Part shown: positions 21,995-30,361 of the stretch, piece by piece | Layout: the number at the start of each line of letters is the position of its first letter | How positions within the stretch are numbered: position 1 is the stretch's first letter | Assembly: GCA_963816185.1 (NCBI GenBank) | Contig: CAWFJJ010000030.1 | Coordinates: 256,001-320,000, forward strand | Source: Thermoanaerobaculia bacterium | Lineage (GTDB): Bacteria > Acidobacteriota > Thermoanaerobaculia > UBA5066 | DNA length: 64,000 nucleotides | Reading direction: 5' to 3' | Translations under genes and position numbers: made by a program | The notes under the pieces: model-generated | Database searches by the model: none | The model's input: only the letters and a program-made list of their open reading frames with translations | Told to the model about the DNA's origin: nothing

Positions 21995-23683
21995 TCAGCG
22001 CACGAGCGTGTTGTTGTCCACGATGAAGCGCCGCGTGCCCGCCGACCGCACGTTGCCGCGCGCATCCGTGACCTCGATGAGGAGGTCGTGCTCGCTGTTC
22101 GAAATCTGGGTCGTGTCGAGGTAGAAGCGGAAACGTGCGGCGTTCCGCTGCGCGAAGGCCGGATATTGCTGCGCGACATCGGGGCTCGGGAGGCCGTACT
22201 GGGCGTGGTCCAGGCCCGTCACGGCATCGATCTGCGCCACGCCGTCGATCAGGATGCGCACTTTCACCACGACGTCGAGGTCGAGCGCCCAGCCGATGAC
22301 GGGGAACACGCCCGAGATGAACTTGTAGTTCGTGGGGTCGTCGACGAAGCCGATGGGCGGCGGGTCGAGATTGCCCGTCGCGCACTCCATCGTGATCGGA
22401 ATTTCCTTCAGGAGCGTGGACGTGTCCTCCTTGTCGATCGCCTTGACCTGGAGAATGTGCGCGCCTTCCTTGAAACCCGCCTGCGTCAGGAGGAAGCCCG
22501 CGTCCACGTCGAACTGGAATCCCACGTTCGGCGCCTGCTGGAAGCCGGGGTACAGGACCTCGATGTCGGGCCGGTAGTAGCCGTAGCAGTCGATGAGAGC
22601 GTTGAAGAGCAGGAACTCGCGATGGCAGCTCACGCGCGTGTCCTTGATGACGACGCCGTCCATCTCGAGAACGACGTGCGAGACGCCGCCGCGCTCCTGC
22701 GCGACCGACGTGTCCATCGCCCAGCCGTTGACGAACATCAGGAACCGCGGGTCGACGATGGGGCCGATGCCGGACGGACAGCACGGAGGAGGGATCTCGA
22801 CGCAGTTGCCGAACCACGTGGAGTTCAGGAGCGGGAACTCCACGTCGCCGAACGGCGCGAGATTCGGGGCGTCGTTGAAGATCTGGACGCGGCGCGTGCC
22901 GAGCAGGCCCTGCTGGCCCTGGTCGTCCACGGCTTTCACGGTGACTTCGTGGACGCCGTTCGCATAGCGCGTCGAGTCGACGTTCAGGATGAATCCCGCG
23001 ACGATCGCCTGCGGGTTGTCGGGATAATCCGCGGCGACGTCCGCGCGGTAGATGCCCGTCACGGCCTGCCGCTCGATGAGGCCGTCCACGAAGACGTCCA
23101 CGTGATCGACTTTGCGGTCGTCGAGCGCCCAGCCCGCGACCTCCAGAACGCCGTTCGCGCTCACGCCGCTGTCGGGCTGCGGAAAGTCCACGCTGCCGAA
23201 CGGCGGCTGGTTGCGCGTGTTGTCGATCGTCACGGCGCGCGGCGTCAGGAAGAACTGGCAGCCGTTCACGTCCGTGATGCCCACGTAGATCGTGTGCGAG
23301 CCGTTCGAAAACAGGGACGCCTTGAAGGACGCCTCGTAGCCGGGATGCTGGCCGGCCGTCCCGGCGTACTGCGGAAAGAACTGCAGCACGTCCGGGCGCG
23401 GCAGGTTGATGTTCGCGCCGCCGGCCGCCGAGACGCGGTTCGATTCGTCGGTGCCGTCCACGAAGACATCGACGTTGGACACCAGGTTGCCGTCCAGCGC
23501 GAAGCCGATCACCTGCACGTAGCCCGAAACGGTGTCCCCGTCGACCGGAACATCAATGGATCCGATCATTTGCACCGGACAGGCGAGAGCCTGCCGCTCC
23601 ATGCTCCTCGCCTGGGCGGACGGCGCCGCGAGCAGTACCGCGCCTGCGAAAATCACCGGGAGGATGAGGGCCTTCCGCTTCAT
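21995..23683 (-). CDS. secreted protein with four Ig-like repeats
   Basis: Signal peptide MKRKALILPVIFAGAVLLAAPSAQA; four repeats of PPFGxVDxP..VSG..V.GWALD..V..V.VFVDG..RPDV..GF..NG.H..V...D. Confidence 0.85.
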   Translation of the reverse strand: MKRKALILPVIFAGAVLLAAPSAQARSMERQALACPVQMIGSIDVPVDGDTVSGYVQVIGFALDGNLVSNVDVFVDGTDESNRVSAAGGANINLPRPDVLQFFPQYAGTAGQHPGYEASFKASLFSNGSHTIYVGITDVNGCQFFLTPRAVTIDNTRNQPPFGSVDFPQPDSGVSANGVLEVAGWALDDRKVDHVDVFVDGLIERQAVTGIYRADVAADYPDNPQAIVAGFILNVDSTRYANGVHEVTVKAVDDQGQQGLLGTRRVQIFNDAPNLAPFGDVEFPLLNSTWFGNCVEIPPPCCPSGIGPIVDPRFLMFVNGWAMDTSVAQERGGVSHVVLEMDGVVIKDTRVSCHREFLLFNALIDCYGYYRPDIEVLYPGFQQAPNVGFQFDVDAGFLLTQAGFKEGAHILQVKAIDKEDTSTLLKEIPITMECATGNLDPPPIGFVDDPTNYKFISGVFPVIGWALDLDVVVKVRILIDGVAQIDAVTGLDHAQYGLPSPDVAQQYPAFAQRNAARFRFYLDTTQISNSEHDLLIEVTDARGNVRSAGTRRFIVDNNTLVR

Positions 23684-23814
23684 CACGAGCCTCCGTGCAT
23701 CGAGAATTCCGGGGATACGCTCGGCCGGGACCGACAAATAGAGAGATTAAGGCAAATGAAGTTTATCCCCCGCGAAAGACCTTGTCAAACAGGAGGTTAC
23801 GGCCGGAGTTCGCG

Positions 23815-24786
23815 TCAGCTCATCTCGTCGGCGCGCGCGAGAACGCGCACGTGCTCGACGGCCGCCGCCGCGGTCGCCTCGGGGTCGTAGCCGCCCTCCA
23901 ACAGCGACACGATGCGCCCCCCCGCGAACGCGTCCGCCACGTCCCCGAGGGCGCGCGACATCCACGAGAAACCCTCCGTCGAGACGCACATGCCGCCGAC
24001 CGGATCGGCTTCGTGGGCGTCGAAGCCCGCGCTCACGAGGACGAACTCGGGCCGGAAGCGCTCGGCCAGCCTCTCGAGCGCCGCGGAAAACCCGCCCGCA
24101 TACGCCGCGTCGCCTGCCTTGGCGGGCTGCGGCACGTTCACGGTCGTCCCACGCCCGCGGCCCGCGCCCTCCTCGTCCGCCGCGCCCGTGCCCGGGTAGA
24201 AGGGATACCGGTGCACGGAGAGGTACGCGACGCGGCCGTCGTCCCAGAAAAGGTCCTGGACGCCGTTGCCGTGATGCACGTCGAAGTCGGCCACGAGGAC
24301 GCGCGCGACGCCGTGATGCTCGATCAGATCCTTCGCGGCAATCGCGATCGAATTCAGGAAGCAGAAGCCCATCGCGCGCGACGGGAGGGCATGGTGCCCC
24401 GGCGGACGCGCCGCCACGAACACGGATGCCGCGCGCCCGGCGACGACCGCATCCGTCGCGGCGAGCGTGAGCGACGCGGCGCGCAGCGACGCCTCGAACG
24501 TGCCGGCCGAGAGCACGTTGTCGGGGCAGTCGAAGAGCGCGAAAGGTCCCCCGTAGTCGGCCGGCGCTTGCTTGCAGAGCTCCGAGAGGCGATGCACGTA
24601 TTCCGGGTCGTGCACCCGCTCGACGGCCTTCAGCGTGCGTTCGGGGGCGGGCGGCGCTTCGATGCGCCGTCCGTCCTGCCGGAGCGCGTCGACGGCGACC
24701 TCCAGCCGATTCGCGTTGTCCGGGTGATAAAGGCCGGTGTCGTGCTCGAGGACCGCGGGATCGAAGTAGACGGGCACGGTACGCAC
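23815..24786 (-). CDS. histone deacetylase family protein
   Basis: RPPGHHA, GFCFLN, DFDVHHGNG, FYPGTG, SAGFDAH, LEGGY. Confidence 0.96.
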   Translation of the reverse strand: MRTVPVYFDPAVLEHDTGLYHPDNANRLEVAVDALRQDGRRIEAPPAPERTLKAVERVHDPEYVHRLSELCKQAPADYGGPFALFDCPDNVLSAGTFEASLRAASLTLAATDAVVAGRAASVFVAARPPGHHALPSRAMGFCFLNSIAIAAKDLIEHHGVARVLVADFDVHHGNGVQDLFWDDGRVAYLSVHRYPFYPGTGAADEEGAGRGRGTTVNVPQPAKAGDAAYAGGFSAALERLAERFRPEFVLVSAGFDAHEADPVGGMCVSTEGFSWMSRALGDVADAFAGGRIVSLLEGGYDPEATAAAAVEHVRVLARADEMS

Positions 24787-24824
24787 CTTCCGAGCCTACT
24801 CCAACCGTGGGCTACCATCGACGC

Positions 24825-25916
24825 GTGACAGCATCGAAAAAGGGAGTCCGCGTCGCGATCTCGCTCGGCCTCGCGGTCGTCCTCCTCGCGCTGTTCTTGA
24901 GGACGCTGGACTTCGCGGCCGTGGGCCGCGCCATCGCCTCGGCGCACGTCGGCTGGCTCGCCGTCGCGACCGCGGCCGGCCTCCTCGGGACGCCGCTCTT
25001 TCGCTCGTGGCGCTGGGCTCTGCTCCTGAAGAAGGCCGGACACCCATCCTTCCTCGCCCTCAACTCGGCGACGGCGATCGGTTTCGCCGCCTCGACATTG
25101 CTCCCGGCGCGCGCCGGCGAGATCGTGCGCCCGGTCGCCCTCGCGAAAGACGCCGGCCTTCCCGTCGCGCCCTGCCTCGCGTCGATCGCGCTCGAGCGCC
25201 TCATCGACCTCGTCACCGTCATCGTCCTCTTCGTCGTCTACGCGGTGGGATGGGCGCCGCTCGCGATGAGCGGCGACGAGGCCGGGCGCTTCGCGCTGCT
25301 GCGCCGCTCGGCCCTCCTGCTCGGAAGCGGCACGCTCCTCGGCCTCGCCTTCCTCGGCTTCCTCGCGGCGAAGCCCGAGCGCGCCGACCGCCTCGTGAAG
25401 CCGCTCCTCAGGCCGTTGCCCCCGAAGGTCGGCGCGAAGCTGGAGTCGATCCTCCTGTCGTTTCTCGACGGCCTCGGCACGCTCGGGTCGGTCCGCGAGG
25501 TTCTCGTCGTGGCGGCCGCCTCGCTCTTCCTGTGGACGCTCATCGCCTTTCAGGTCTGGTCGACGCTGCGCGCCTTCGACCTCGTGTTTCCCTTCCCCGT
25601 CTCCTTCTTCGTCGTCACGTGGGCCGTCCTCGGCCTCGCCATTCCCACGCCGGGCGGCGTGGGCGGCTATCACACGGCCATCGCGTATTCGCTGACGGGG
25701 TTCTACGGCGTGGCGAAGAACACGGCGGCGGCGTTCGCGCTCGTCTCGCACGCGCTGTCGTTCGTCCCGATCACGCTCCTCGGGCTCGGATTCCTGGTCG
25801 CGGGCGGATTCAGCCTGCGGAGCCTCGCGGCGACGCCTGTGCCTGCGCCAGAGCCATCGTGTAGTCCGAGCCCCACACCGCCGGATTCGACTCCAGCATC
25901 TCGACCCCCAGCTTGA
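24825..25916 (+). CDS. lysylphosphatidylglycerol synthase TM / flippase-like (UPF0104) membrane protein
   Basis: RSWRW, LPARAGEIVR, ERLID, PTPGGVGGYH; multi-TM. Confidence 0.9.
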   Translation: MTASKKGVRVAISLGLAVVLLALFLRTLDFAAVGRAIASAHVGWLAVATAAGLLGTPLFRSWRWALLLKKAGHPSFLALNSATAIGFAASTLLPARAGEIVRPVALAKDAGLPVAPCLASIALERLIDLVTVIVLFVVYAVGWAPLAMSGDEAGRFALLRRSALLLGSGTLLGLAFLGFLAAKPERADRLVKPLLRPLPPKVGAKLESILLSFLDGLGTLGSVREVLVVAAASLFLWTLIAFQVWSTLRAFDLVFPFPVSFFVVTWAVLGLAIPTPGGVGGYHTAIAYSLTGFYGVAKNTAAAFALVSHALSFVPITLLGLGFLVAGGFSLRSLAATPVPAPEPSCSPSPTPPDSTPASRPPA

Positions 25917-26166
25917 AAAAGCCCGTCTGATCGAGCCCGGCCTGCCACACCACCCGGCAGTGGCACATCACGCGCGTCCGCACGTTCTCCAGCTCGAAAA
26001 TGTCGCCGGCCGTCACGTTCGTCTGCGCGTACACGAGCGCTCCGTGGCTGTTCACGATGAGTGTCGATCCGCTGAACCTCTGCCCCTCCCAGCGCATCGA
26101 AATCGGAATCCTCAGCGCAACGCGCGGACTCCGGCGCAGCTCGTGAAACGCATCGGGCTCGAGCAA
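25810..26166 (-). CDS. PilZ domain protein
   Basis: RRSPR and NSHGA (RxxxR, D/NxSxxG-like) motifs, CRVVW, LGVE; TTG start after GGAGG. Confidence 0.8.
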   Translation of the reverse strand: MLEPDAFHELRRSPRVALRIPISMRWEGQRFSGSTLIVNSHGALVYAQTNVTAGDIFELENVRTRVMCHCRVVWQAGLDQTGFFKLGVEMLESNPAVWGSDYTMALAQAQASPRGSAG

Positions 26167-26204
26167 GGAGCGACCTCCGAAGGGGAGATTATCCGATAAA
26201 GGGG

Positions 26205-26432
26205 TCAGCCCGTCTTCTTCTCGTCGGAGGGCTTCTTATCCATCCATTCCTGGCAGGCCTTGCAGATGAAGGCGTTCAGCCGGGGGACGAATCTCCATTC
26301 GTCGGACTTGTCCGCCTCGCAGAAGAAACACCGGCGCCGCTGGCGCGGCGCGACGGTCTCATCGAAGGGTTCGCGATCCTCCGGGGGCATCGTCGTTGCG
26401 GCTAGTTTGAGCCAACTCCTCGCGCGGCTCAA
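26205..26432 (-). CDS. small C4 zinc-finger protein (ClpX-ZBD-like)
   Basis: CFFC-x18-CKAC; TTG start after a GGAGG RBS. Confidence 0.6.
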   Translation of the reverse strand: MSRARSWLKLAATTMPPEDREPFDETVAPRQRRRCFFCEADKSDEWRFVPRLNAFICKACQEWMDKKPSDEKKTG

Positions 26433-26461
26433 GTCGACCCCTCCGTGGATCCTCGCGGAGC

Positions 26462-26884
26462 TCAGCGCGAATGCCCCGCCCTGTACCGATCAAGCCTTCG
26501 CCTGTCGATCTCGGACGCGATTCCACGCGTGACGAGGTCATCCAGGATTGCGGCAGCAGCCGGGATGTCGCCCGAGAAGGCGAGGTCACGCGAGTGCGTG
26601 CTTCGAGCCTTGCGATAGAGCTCCATCGGTGCGGGGGGAACGGAGAGACCGTGCTGCACCGTGTCGGGGTCGTGAAGCGCCTTCTCGTGGAGGACGAGGG
26701 CGGTCTCCGCGGCTTCCTCGAGTCGACGAACGTCGTAGAGCGCGGCGACGTAGAAACAGAAGACGGGGTAGTAGCGGTCCGCGTTCGCGAAGAGGGGTCC
26801 GAGCGCCTGAATGATTCGCTCGGAATCGGAGGGATGACACTCCGCGTACCTGGCATTCAGCTCTTCTTCGAACGCGTTCGTCAT
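26462..26884 (-). CDS. hypothetical helical (TPR-like) protein coupled to the retron RT
   Basis: ATG 8 nt after the RT stop, with the RBS (TAGGA) overlapping the RT stop codon; 140 aa; no recognised family. Confidence 0.7.
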   Translation of the reverse strand: MTNAFEEELNARYAECHPSDSERIIQALGPLFANADRYYPVFCFYVAALYDVRRLEEAAETALVLHEKALHDPDTVQHGLSVPPAPMELYRKARSTHSRDLAFSGDIPAAAAILDDLVTRGIASEIDRRRLDRYRAGHSR

Positions 26885-26892
26885 GGTTGGTC

Positions 26893-28563
26893 CTAGACTC
26901 CACCGCCACCGAGAAAAGCTTTGAGCGACGAGATTGGAATGGCGCAGTGGTCCTCGGTGTCTCGGGACGTGGCATCCGAATCCGCACCGGTGACGGCGAT
27001 GCCCACCACCTCGCCACCCGCATTCAATACCGCCCCCCCGCTCCCTCCGCGCACGACGGCTGCGTCGAGCCAGAGTCGACGTCTCGGCGATGACCGAAAC
27101 CCGGAGACACGGCCGCTGGTCACGCGAATCGGATCCCTCGGCCTGTGGTTTGGAAACCCAGCGACGAAGATTGCATCGTGGAACGTTGGCTCGACGTCGC
27201 TGACGGCTAGGGCCTGATCATCTGAAAGCACACAGCCCGCGACCTCGATCAGCGCCAGATCAAGCACTGGGTCGCGGCGCAAGATAGTGACCCGGTATGT
27301 CACCTCTGGCTGCTCCGGGCGATAGGCAATCGATTTAGCTCCGACGACATGGTCGCAGGTTACGATTCCAACTCCGCGAAGCGCGACAGCCGTACCTTGT
27401 CGAATGTCATCCCCGTCATCCTGCTCAAGCACCCACATCGCGGGGCCGAGCATGCGAGGAAGTTCTGTAGGAACGAATGGCTCGAGCGGAGCGGGTTCTG
27501 CCGGAAATGGGTACTTAAAAGATGGGACCAGGTCTGAGTATTGTGCAAGGAGACGACGGAAGCACCGGTTTTCCGCCCCGCGGACCATGCGGAGGTAATC
27601 CAGCTTCCCCTTCACGACGCGTTGATAAGACGGGCCCGACCGCTCTGGCGCACGGTGTCCTCGCGCATAGCGAGCGCGGTATTCCGACTCTGCGAGCTCA
27701 AGGCCGAAACGCCGCCACGCGTGCAACATCGCTCGGATCTGACGCACGAGGCGCCGATCGACATTGGGGAACTCGTTGACGGTGAGCCCTGTAACGCGTT
27801 GCCTCTCAGCGGCCCCCGAAAGCCGCACCTTGCCGGGGTTCACAAAGAAACCATTCGACGTAATCACGGCCTGTAAATCGGGCCCGATAGCGACACTAGC
27901 GTCTTCTTGCTTGCGGCATAGTCGGCCCGGGAACCTCGAGGCCGTGGTAGAGAATGTGATGTCGTCGGCGTAGCGGGTGTAGGTCGAGTGGCAGGACCGG
28001 GCGAGTCGCTGGAGCTGGCCGTCTAGACGAGCGCAGACCATGTTTGCCACGACCGGCGACGACGGTGCGCCCTGGGGCAGCTGATTTCCGTGACAGCAGA
28101 TCTGGGCCAATACGGTCGCAACCTCGGCGTTTCGCTCGTAAGGCTTTGCGCGGAACACGCCGCGAACCCTGCCGAAGTTGATGGTCGGGAAGAAGTCCTG
28201 AAGATCAACGTTAAGGACCTGGCACCGACCGACATGCGATGACGCATTCGTTACGATTCCCCGTCCTCGGACGAAACCGTGCACCGACGGCTTCAATTCC
28301 AAGACCGCTTGGAGCACCTGGTTAAGCTTTCGCTGTATCAACTTTAGAGCTGTTATTGGGGAACTGATAACCCTCTCGCCTCCCCGCCTCTTCGGGACGG
28401 AGTACGTCGTGTACCGCGCGTCCTCCGGTATCCGGTGGAGGTGATAGGTGAGAGCGCTGTAGGAAACGTCGAGGAGTGCAGCAACTTCCCGCGGCGTCGT
28501 AAGCGAGAAGAACGCCACGCGCAACTCTTCAGGGCTGCCCGAGAGATCACGTGAGCCGCGCAT
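26893..28563 (-). CDS. retron reverse transcriptase fused to a C-terminal trypsin-like serine protease (type XI-like retron)
   Basis: RT motifs: VPKRRGGERVISSP, HGF, NASSH (NAxxH), DLQDFFPTI, LPQGAPSSP, YTRYADDITFS, RVTGL (VTG). Protease triad: TCDHV, DLALI, GGSGGAV. Probable start is the ATG at 28563. Confidence 0.93.
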   Translation of the reverse strand: MRGSRDLSGSPEELRVAFFSLTTPREVAALLDVSYSALTYHLHRIPEDARYTTYSVPKRRGGERVISSPITALKLIQRKLNQVLQAVLELKPSVHGFVRGRGIVTNASSHVGRCQVLNVDLQDFFPTINFGRVRGVFRAKPYERNAEVATVLAQICCHGNQLPQGAPSSPVVANMVCARLDGQLQRLARSCHSTYTRYADDITFSTTASRFPGRLCRKQEDASVAIGPDLQAVITSNGFFVNPGKVRLSGAAERQRVTGLTVNEFPNVDRRLVRQIRAMLHAWRRFGLELAESEYRARYARGHRAPERSGPSYQRVVKGKLDYLRMVRGAENRCFRRLLAQYSDLVPSFKYPFPAEPAPLEPFVPTELPRMLGPAMWVLEQDDGDDIRQGTAVALRGVGIVTCDHVVGAKSIAYRPEQPEVTYRVTILRRDPVLDLALIEVAGCVLSDDQALAVSDVEPTFHDAIFVAGFPNHRPRDPIRVTSGRVSGFRSSPRRRLWLDAAVVRGGSGGAVLNAGGEVVGIAVTGADSDATSRDTEDHCAIPISSLKAFLGGGGV

Positions 28564-28567
28564 GGAT

Positions 28568-28712
28568 GAGGCGCCCGAAGCCAAGACTCTGCTTTCCGAT
28601 GCGCGCAAGCGCGCGATGCAACCGCAAACGCAGCAATGTTCCCGTATCCAGGGACCTTAGATAAACCGTCGCGGATCAACGACGAAAATCAATCGAGCTT
28701 CGGGCGCCTCCG
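28568..28712 (-). ncRNA. retron msr-msd RNA
   Basis: Perfect 14-bp inverted repeat GAGGCGCCCGAAGC (28568-28581) / GCTTCGGGCGCCTC (28697-28710) enclosing 115 nt. Inside: two short msr-like hairpins (CGUCGU/GCGACG and UCCC/GGGA) and an msd-like stem (CTGC-TTT..GCGCG-CAAG-CGCGC..AAA-C-GCAG). Ends 4 nt before the RT ATG. Confidence 0.85.
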
Positions 28713-28721
28713 TCGTGCCGG

Positions 28722-28750
28722 ATCGTAGTCGGCTGGATTTGATTTCGCAA
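28722..28750 (-). promoter_or_regulatory. sigma70-type promoter for the retron operon
   Basis: Minus strand TTGCGA-17 nt-TACGAT, 11 nt upstream of the 5' inverted-repeat arm. Confidence 0.7.
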
Positions 28751-28831
28751 ATAACGGCCCGCTCGAACCAGTGCGCCTCTTGCCGCCGGTCGACGTTCCT
28801 GAACGCGATTCAGGAGCTGTAGCGAGGCGCC

Positions 28832-29115
28832 TCAGTTCTCCTTGCCATGTTCCTTCTCCTTCTCCTTGGCCGGCGGGTTCGCCTTTGCAGCCGGCGGAGG
28901 GCCCTGCGGCTTGGGCTGCACGTGCTGCACGCGCTGCACGTTGGGCTGTCTCTCCACGTGGGCGGGAGGAGGTTGATGGGCGGAATTGAGTTGTGCCTGA
29001 GCGACGGGCTTTCTCGTGTCGCTCGTTCGACGGCGGAGGCGGCGGCTGATGAACGGTCGCCTTCTCGCGTTTCTCGTGCGAGCTTTTCGGGGGCGGCGAA
29101 TGGACCTCCCGCTGC
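28832..29115 (-). pseudogene. displaced, diverged copy of the 3' end of the DUF6600 gene
   Basis: Encodes ...HEKREKATVHQPPPPPSNERHEK/PVAQAQLNSAHQPPPAHVERQPNVQRVQHVQPKPQGPPPAAKANPPAKEKEKEHGKEN*; 9 mismatches in the terminal 89 nt versus 30362 onward. Confidence 0.9.
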
Positions 29116-29148
29116 GCCTGAAGCTGAAACCACTTTTCCCGGGCCGGG

Positions 29149-29946
29149 TCAGAGCGGCAGAATGGCTTTCCACCGAATGCCGCCGAAGCGCCACGGGCGA
29201 ACACGGAGGCTCGTGCCGTCATTGTACAGGAGCAGCGCAACGAGGTGCTCCGTCACGATATTCAAGTTTCCATCGACCGGAGCCCCCCACTTCATTTCCG
29301 GCAGTGGCGGAGCGTCATCCCCATCCATTCGGAGAGCTAGACCATCTCCACGACCAAAGATGTTTTTTATTGTACCGGTGAAAGTCGGGAACAGAATCGC
29401 CGTCTTCGACGTGATATGGGCCCTCCCGAATAATTCCACCTCCCACGGGAGCTTGACGAGCCCCCGGTCCTTCAGGCGATCGATATGACTGACGGCCATC
29501 TTGATCAGCGGCGCGAATAGTATTCCGTCCGGGACGTATGTTGGGGGGTCGACAGGATTGAACTTCGCCGGCCTTTCGTCGAGCAAATTGCGGCGCAGGA
29601 TATCGAGAGGGGTTTCGGCGTGGAGCGGGGTCGAGTCGGTCGCTGGCACACTTGCCGTGCGCCCGGCCAGTTCTTCCATGCGCCTCAGCATCGGCCCGCC
29701 GGGATCGACGAACCCGCTTCGCTGCCCGGGGAAGTGCTTGTCCTCGAAATGCGAGATGGCGCGATAGAGGGCATCGCTCGACAGGCCCGAAACGATGGGG
29801 CCGGTGAGGCTTCCCCCCGAGCCGCCCTCACTGGGGGGAATGCGGTTGAGCAGCGCGATCACCGCCTGCTGGTCTTCTGACCAGTTTTGGCACTGGCGCG
29901 CTCCGGCCCGGGTGTGTCGGCCAACACGTCCTCTAAGTGACATCAT
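29149..29946 (-). CDS. hypothetical protein with N-terminal peptidoglycan-binding-like domain
   Basis: GGGAGGA RBS; VG..N..DQQAVIALLNRI..GG..L..G......AISHFE....SGFVDPGG..L resembles the PG-binding-like pattern; C-terminal half unknown. Confidence 0.6.
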   Translation of the reverse strand: MMSLRGRVGRHTRAGARQCQNWSEDQQAVIALLNRIPPSEGGSGGSLTGPIVSGLSSDALYRAISHFEDKHFPGQRSGFVDPGGPMLRRMEELAGRTASVPATDSTPLHAETPLDILRRNLLDERPAKFNPVDPPTYVPDGILFAPLIKMAVSHIDRLKDRGLVKLPWEVELFGRAHITSKTAILFPTFTGTIKNIFGRGDGLALRMDGDDAPPLPEMKWGAPVDGNLNIVTEHLVALLLYNDGTSLRVRPWRFGGIRWKAILPL

Positions 29947-29977
29947 GTCCTCCCTTCGGCCCTCTATTCACATTATT

Positions 29978-30028
29978 AGCCAGGAATTCGCGTTGAGCGG
30001 ACGACACGAATTCGAGGCGGTAAGCTAC
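29978..30028 (-). pseudogene. RelE/ParE-type toxin N-terminal remnant
   Basis: (V)AYRLEFVSSAQREFLA directly after the antitoxin stop; truncated and lacking a start codon. Confidence 0.5.
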
Positions 30029-30032
30029 GCCG

Positions 30033-30277
30033 TTACATACCGCCACGCTTACGAACCTCGGCCCAGGATCCTCTTGGGGTTGGCGAGCCGGGAGACGGAC
30101 ACGCTCACGTCGTAGCGATCCTCCAGCTCCTCAAGGAGCTTCAGGTCCGCGATCGAGACGACCGCGGCGACGGGCTTCTTCCCCCGGCGCGTGATCACGC
30201 GCTCGCCGTGGCGCGTGCCATCGAGAACGGGATTCGCTCACCGAGGCACGCGCTCTGGGGGCCACGGCGCGGCTCAT
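30033..30277 (-). pseudogene. Phd/YefM antitoxin, degraded
   Basis: MSRAV..SVSESR../RHGERVITRRGKKPVAAVVSIADLKLLEELEDRYD..KRI/WAEVRKRGGM*, with two frame breaks. Confidence 0.7.
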
Positions 30278-30361
30278 GACAACTCGCATTCTACGGCCCT
30301 TTCACCGTTCAGTCGGCCGCTTGCCCCTGCCAGAACCGCGCGTCGTGCGCCGGCCAATCCT

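Noticed and set aside
26893-28563. Group II intron or CRISPR-associated RT
   Set aside because: No maturase/domain X, intron domain V or cas genes; the C-terminus is a protease.
28797-28833. TCCTGAA/TTCAGGA hairpin and GAGGCGCCTC palindrome as part of the retron RNA
   Set aside because: Both lie upstream of the predicted promoter; more likely the old 3' UTR of the displaced DUF6600 end.
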